From Leptogorgia sarmentosa (lineage: Eukaryota), in assembly GCA_964658305.1 (NCBI GenBank), contig OZ210885.1:744001-808000 (forward strand): a stretch of DNA of 64,000 bases, in the 5' to 3' direction. The notes beneath the pieces are model-generated. The model was not told the DNA's origin, ran no database searches, and was given only the letters and a program-made list of their open reading frames with translations. Of the stretch, positions 61,201 through 64,000 are shown in pieces; within the stretch, counting starts at the first letter, position 1; each line of letters opens with the position of its first letter. A program made the translations under genes and the position numbers.

Positions 61201-63948
61201 TTGAGCAACCTGCCTTTGCAAATGATCATTTAGCATCAGTTAGCATTGCCGACTCTGTATGGAATGCCAAGTAAAATTATCATTTCCTCCCCAGCAAAGT
61301 AATTTTGGTTTCTTTTGCAAGTATACCCTGTACGTATCGGAGTTTTTTGCTGCGGAAGGAAATGCAATCACACATGTTATTGAAAATCGTATCCGCGTCA
61401 CCCTAGCATTATAAGCACCAATGTTTTGTCCAGATCAAACGGAAATTTGTCAACAAACAAACTTGTGTCTAATTGAGAATATTGTTCCTTAATTCTGATA
61501 GTGTTCGGTCGATCACGTTTATCGTCAATTTGAGCTATATATGCATGGGATCAAGTGCTCTTGACTGTTTTCCTTGCTTAGGAAAAACGTGGAAAAACGG
61601 CTTACAGCAATATCTCATTATTTCATTATAGTTCTCAAGTCAATGAAATCCAATCCTTGAATGTGAAGACATTGCCTGAATCTCCAAGTCAAAATGGAAA
61701 TGACACCATACTGTCGTTCTACGTGGATCTGCCCAGTAATAAAACTATGCCTTTGGATCTTTTAACAACAATATTCATGTCATCACCAAACGTTCTTTCA
61801 CAACCAAACAGTGTTATTTCAGAAACAAGCGAAAACCCTGTGCTTACAGATGCTGAGACTAAAAACCTCGTTCCCTTGTCCATAAATGTCCTACCAAACC
61901 AGGTAAAATATCCCCAACAGTTTCTTCAATCAGTTTCTTTCAACTTTGAGATCAACATTGCGTGCTTTTAATGGAATTAACTTTAGTACATAGAATTCAT
62001 AAGGAATCCTTCAAAAAATCTCAAACAGAAAAGGGTGAAAAGTTCAAACGCGTCTCATGTCGAAATGCGTTCAAATTCCACATGTCGAGGAAAAAATGAC
62101 CTCATTTTCCTTGATTTCGGAGATAACATTTCCCTATTTGTTCAAAGATTTGTTCCTTTTTTTTACATTCGAGCAAACATCCTACTCCTCCTCCACCTCC
62201 TCCTCCTTAGACCCGCTTTAATGTAGTGCATGAATGACGAATCCATCAGGCTTTCTAAATGAGTGTTCATGCTGACTGAAAAAAACCTCAGAATTTAAAA
62301 CTTATCAATTGGATGAACTTTAATTTTATCGCCATATACACGTTTTGTTTTGGGTTTTTTCAGGATGTAAGACTGGATATCCAGGTTTCAATCGCCCACA
62401 GATTCAATGAACACTGTAAAAACAATTTCAATGCCGAAATTTGTCCCAGCAACCGGTAAGTATTAGCAGGACATTTTAATACCAAAATGCATAGCGATGG
62501 GGAATGGATATTTAATTGAAACGAGATGCAATCATCTTATCTGATGATGTTTTAAAAAACGACCATTTGCGGCTTGCCTTCACATTTTGCTTTTGTATTT
62601 TCTTAGTTTTTTATACTTGTTTATTTTCTTTGATTTCAGGAACTTCACCAAAGATGATATTCGTGTTGTTATTCATCGTAACAATGGCTCTGTCAGTTTT
62701 GTGGTCACTGATCCTGATACTGGATCAACACTTCCCGTGAACCAAATACAAGAATCAATCAGTGGAAAGTTCAATTCCATAATTTACGGTCTACCTTATA
62801 CACTGGAAGTTACAACCAATCAACGTTCCAACGCAGTCAGTGTTCGCTTACCAAACACTCAGGCGAGTGAGGTGAGTTGATTCATTAATCATTCAACGAA
62901 ACTTCTCAAACAGGAAATCCGATTGGGAAAAAATCCCCAATCTGAAAGCGCGCAGAAACTTTTTTCCTGAAAAACGTAAAATCATTGAATTACACGAGCA
63001 AAGGCTCCTAGGGCGAGCGAATGACGTAATAGTAATAATGAAAATGGTGAATACAAACAAAACGGGAAGGTGAAATATTAAAATGTTTTTAAAAGACTCG
63101 CGCGATGTCTGCAGAGTGGCGTTAATTTATTCTAACATTGTACCTTTAGTGGCCTGCCAGAGATTTGCTGTTTCGACAAAATATGGCCAAAGAAATCCAG
63201 GACTTTTGTAACACTTCAGATTTCCATCGTACTCTTTGTAACATCACAAAGTGAGTATTTTGGATACGTCAGAAATACAACATTAGACATTGTTCCTCAA
63301 TTTCGAGCAATTGTAATGGTGAAAAATTATAAAAACTTTGTTATCGTTAATTTTGCTATCCTTTTGTCACTTCACCAATGGCATAATATTCCAGTGTTAT
63401 TTGAGTTCATTTCAATTCCGGTATTGCGTTTACCTGATTTGCATGCATTATAAAACTTTGTACCCAAAATAGGCTATCTATTCAATGCTTGTGCATTATA
63501 CTTTAACAGCAAATGTAAGACAAAGATGTTAAATTTAACAATAATATGCAATTAATCACAAATCTTGGCAAACAAATTCTCGTGGGAGTTAACTTTCATA
63601 AGTTCCCTAATTTCTTGTTGGATCTGTATAATTGTTAGCGATATTTGTTTCTCTTTCAGTGATGACCTGAACAGCCTCACAAGTGCTAACATTCAAAGAC
63701 TGCCAGGTTCTCCATCACAAAATGGCACCAATTCAATCCTCAAATTTTACGCACAGTTGACAAGCGGTAGAGTTATTCCTAAAACCATCTTGGCCACCAT
63801 CTTCGTAGAAAGACGGGAAAAAATATTGTCACTTGACAGCAGTCTGGAAGATTTCACAGAAAGTTTTACATCTGATGAAACAGTTCTTACTCCAGAACAA
63901 CAAAATAATACAGTTCCTATTGCAATAATTAACTTTCTCCTTTCAAAG
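28247..63948 (+). CDS. Gene B (signal-peptide exon unresolved, 3'-partial): NIDO-AMOP-VWD-Ig-like-7xEGF plus >=18 SEA-like modules; tandem paralog of gene A
   Basis: Exons: 28247-28288, 28680-28804, 29136-29459, 29704-29801, 30492-30575, 30968-31485, 31788-31886, 32713-32844, 33339-33665, 33869-34123, 34699-34898, 35680-36010, 36619-36744, 37332-37454, 37665-37802, 38454-38576, 39314-39442, 40218-40327, 40549-40652, 41816-42107, 42364-42479, 43591-43885, 44216-44319, 44946-45243, 45396-45496, 45930-46221, 46491-46594, 47341-47626, then repeated 9-exon units from 48153; no stop codon seen in the spliced frame. Confidence 0.88.
28680..31050 (+). CDS. Gene B NIDO domain exons
   Basis: LWFNGINFRRLS|VCPNGLVRF...LLAPYWCNAD...YDPLWVGVVSW|KNCFDMLL...YRYVDITW|VIGFRIG|SGT...GRPGQ follows the NIDO motif order (NGxxsF, APyW, PxwxxxxtW, NtFqxxL, YxxIxW, GF, GxPG). 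Confidence 0.8.
31051..31485 (+). CDS. Gene B AMOP domain (3' part of exon 30968-31485)
   Basis: CNKWL...CPLPCP...CVFS...ECCYD...SCCLES...CELFYSLRPPC, the AMOP cysteine pattern. Confidence 0.82.
31788..33665 (+). CDS. Gene B VWD domain exons, with GDPH at 31799-31810
   Basis: ASGFGDPHYLTNDGKNYTFNGCGWY ... QVRT ... ATGFTALAV ... YENNSLGLTGNWNGNVDDDFTLPNG...IFYKFGEEW. Confidence 0.9.
32333..32582. repeat. Long inverted repeat with ~87-bp arms
   Basis: 32333-32420 vs 32495-32582 are reverse complements with few mismatches. Confidence 0.85.
34194..34412. mobile_element. hAT-like MITE with an 8-bp target-site duplication
   Basis: TIR cagtggcgtcgtgg/ccacgacgccactg; TSD cgcgtctg at 34186-34193 and 34413-34420; empty site cgcatctg in gene A near 1484. 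Confidence 0.9.
34699..39442 (+). CDS. Gene B cadherin/Ig-like domain and seven EGF domains
   Basis: Exon-for-exon paralogs of 2105-9235 with identical lengths and phases. Confidence 0.9.
35281..35555. mobile_element. MITE with ~49-bp imperfect TIRs
   Basis: tttacagcagtttcgagtgatgcgcgaccatctaacgcgaaatgtttga / tcaaacatttcgtgttaggtggtcgcgaatcactcgaaacttctgtaaa; the gene A intron here is only 91 bp. Confidence 0.8.
37814..37963. mobile_element. Short foldback MITE
   Basis: aggcagctttggcaaaca...aaaatggcgtga / tcacgccatttt...tgtttgctgaagctgcct. Confidence 0.7.
38995..39206. mobile_element. Degenerate MITE
   Basis: cgtcttccattgcagtcgctttgc..gagcgaac / gttcgctc..gcaaagcggctgtaatggaaaacg. Confidence 0.6.
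40690..41126. mobile_element. Long-TIR foldback element with CACAG...CTGTG termini
   Basis: Inverted similarity runs ~170 bp in from each end (gcccaagcgtcgtgct.attcgtgttgaatg / cattcaacacgaatcagcacgacgcttgggc); empty site in gene A near 10755. Confidence 0.8.
41221..41477. mobile_element. Degenerate copy of the ggggccggtt MITE family
   Basis: gggcgggttgtttgtagtccgtttagctttaaactgcggataa ... cgaacaaccgccc; absent in gene A. Confidence 0.6.
43131..43567 (+). mobile_element. Dispersed non-autonomous element inserted at an ataataaa site just upstream of a splice acceptor
   Basis: Gene A has the empty site ttcatttattataataaaatcttatataaaacttttcag (12609-12647); internal hairpin ttattgactgag/ctcagtcaataa. 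Confidence 0.7.
47746..47929. mobile_element. MITE immediately upstream of the tandem-array start
   Basis: ttccagttacgcgttttttac / gtaaaaaaacgcgtaattggaa inverted repeats. Confidence 0.7.
49953..49979 (+). CDS. 27-nt furin-site microexon (R)PRRRKRAA(T), unit copy 1
   Basis: tttccAG|gccaagaagaagaaaacgggctgcgac|GTaagt. Confidence 0.82.
52418..52649 (+). CDS. Chimeric exon: 5' part of the TM exon fused to the 3' end of the module-7 long exon (also 57194-57425 and 62640-62871)
   Basis: NFTKDDIR...IIYGLP matches 21568-21724; EVTTNQRSNAVSVRLPNTQASE and the following intron start match 18965-19075 and 50635-50800. Confidence 0.9.
52748..57523 (+). repeat. Intragenic tandem unit copy 2 (4776 bp; 1485 coding nt = 495 aa)
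   Basis: Exons 52928-53028, 53438-53726, 54295-54392, 54729-54755, 55209-55479, 55665-55768, 56186-56456, 56918-57009, 57194-57425; ORF-track hits recur at a +4776 offset. Confidence 0.93.
54729..54755 (+). CDS. 27-nt furin-site microexon (R)PRRRKRAA(T), unit copy 2
   Basis: tttccAG|gccaagaagaagaaaacgagctgcgac|GTaagt; differs from copy 1 by a synonymous CGG/CGA change. Confidence 0.82.
57524..62969 (+). repeat. Intragenic tandem unit copy 3 (5446 bp; ~670 bp of extra intron)
   Basis: Exons 57704-57804, 58214-58502, 59071-59168, 59505-59531, 59985-60255, 60441-60544, 61632-61902, 62364-62455, 62640-62871. Confidence 0.93.
59505..59531 (+). CDS. 27-nt furin-site microexon (R)PRRRKRAA(T), unit copy 3
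   Basis: Identical to 54729-54755. Confidence 0.82.
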
Positions 63949-64000
63949 GTGAGTGTAACAAGTCTGAAATTAAATTTGTCCGACGTTTAGCGAATGAGTC
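62970..64000 (+). repeat. Intragenic tandem unit copy 4 (truncated by the window end)
   Basis: Matches 57524-58554; exons 63150-63250 and 63660-63948. Confidence 0.92.

Noticed and set aside
1..64000. Assigning the symbol MUC4 or SUSD2; autonomous transposase or RT genes; tRNA or rRNA genes
   Set aside because: Shared domains do not establish orthology (no PTS repeat or sushi domain is seen); no long transposon ORF or recognisable structural RNA was found

Overview
AT-rich animal genomic DNA; a cnidarian/coral source is a guess from the protein architecture and repeat types. It holds two tandem + strand paralogs of an intron-rich MUC4/SUSD2-type surface glycoprotein gene. Gene A (5' end upstream of the window, visible exons 1173-22286) encodes the end of a VWD region, a cadherin/Ig-like domain, 7 EGF domains, nine ~135-aa two-exon SEA-like modules, one transmembrane helix and a ~60-aa tail ending -SNI. 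Gene B (first clear exon 28247, running past 64000) encodes NIDO-AMOP-VWD(GDPH)-Ig-like-7xEGF and the same modules, but modules 6-9 are amplified as a ~4776-bp, 9-exon, 495-codon in-frame tandem unit (3 full copies plus part of a 4th). A chimeric exon that replaces the TM segment joins the units. The main find, absent from the ORF track, is a 27-nt phase-2/2 microexon encoding a polybasic furin-type site (PRRRKR/PRRKKR). It lies inside selected modules: twice in gene A and once per tandem unit in gene B. Introns carry many MITE-like and foldback insertions that differ between paralogs. Exon models were read by eye from GT-AG sites and frame continuity, with no transcript support.
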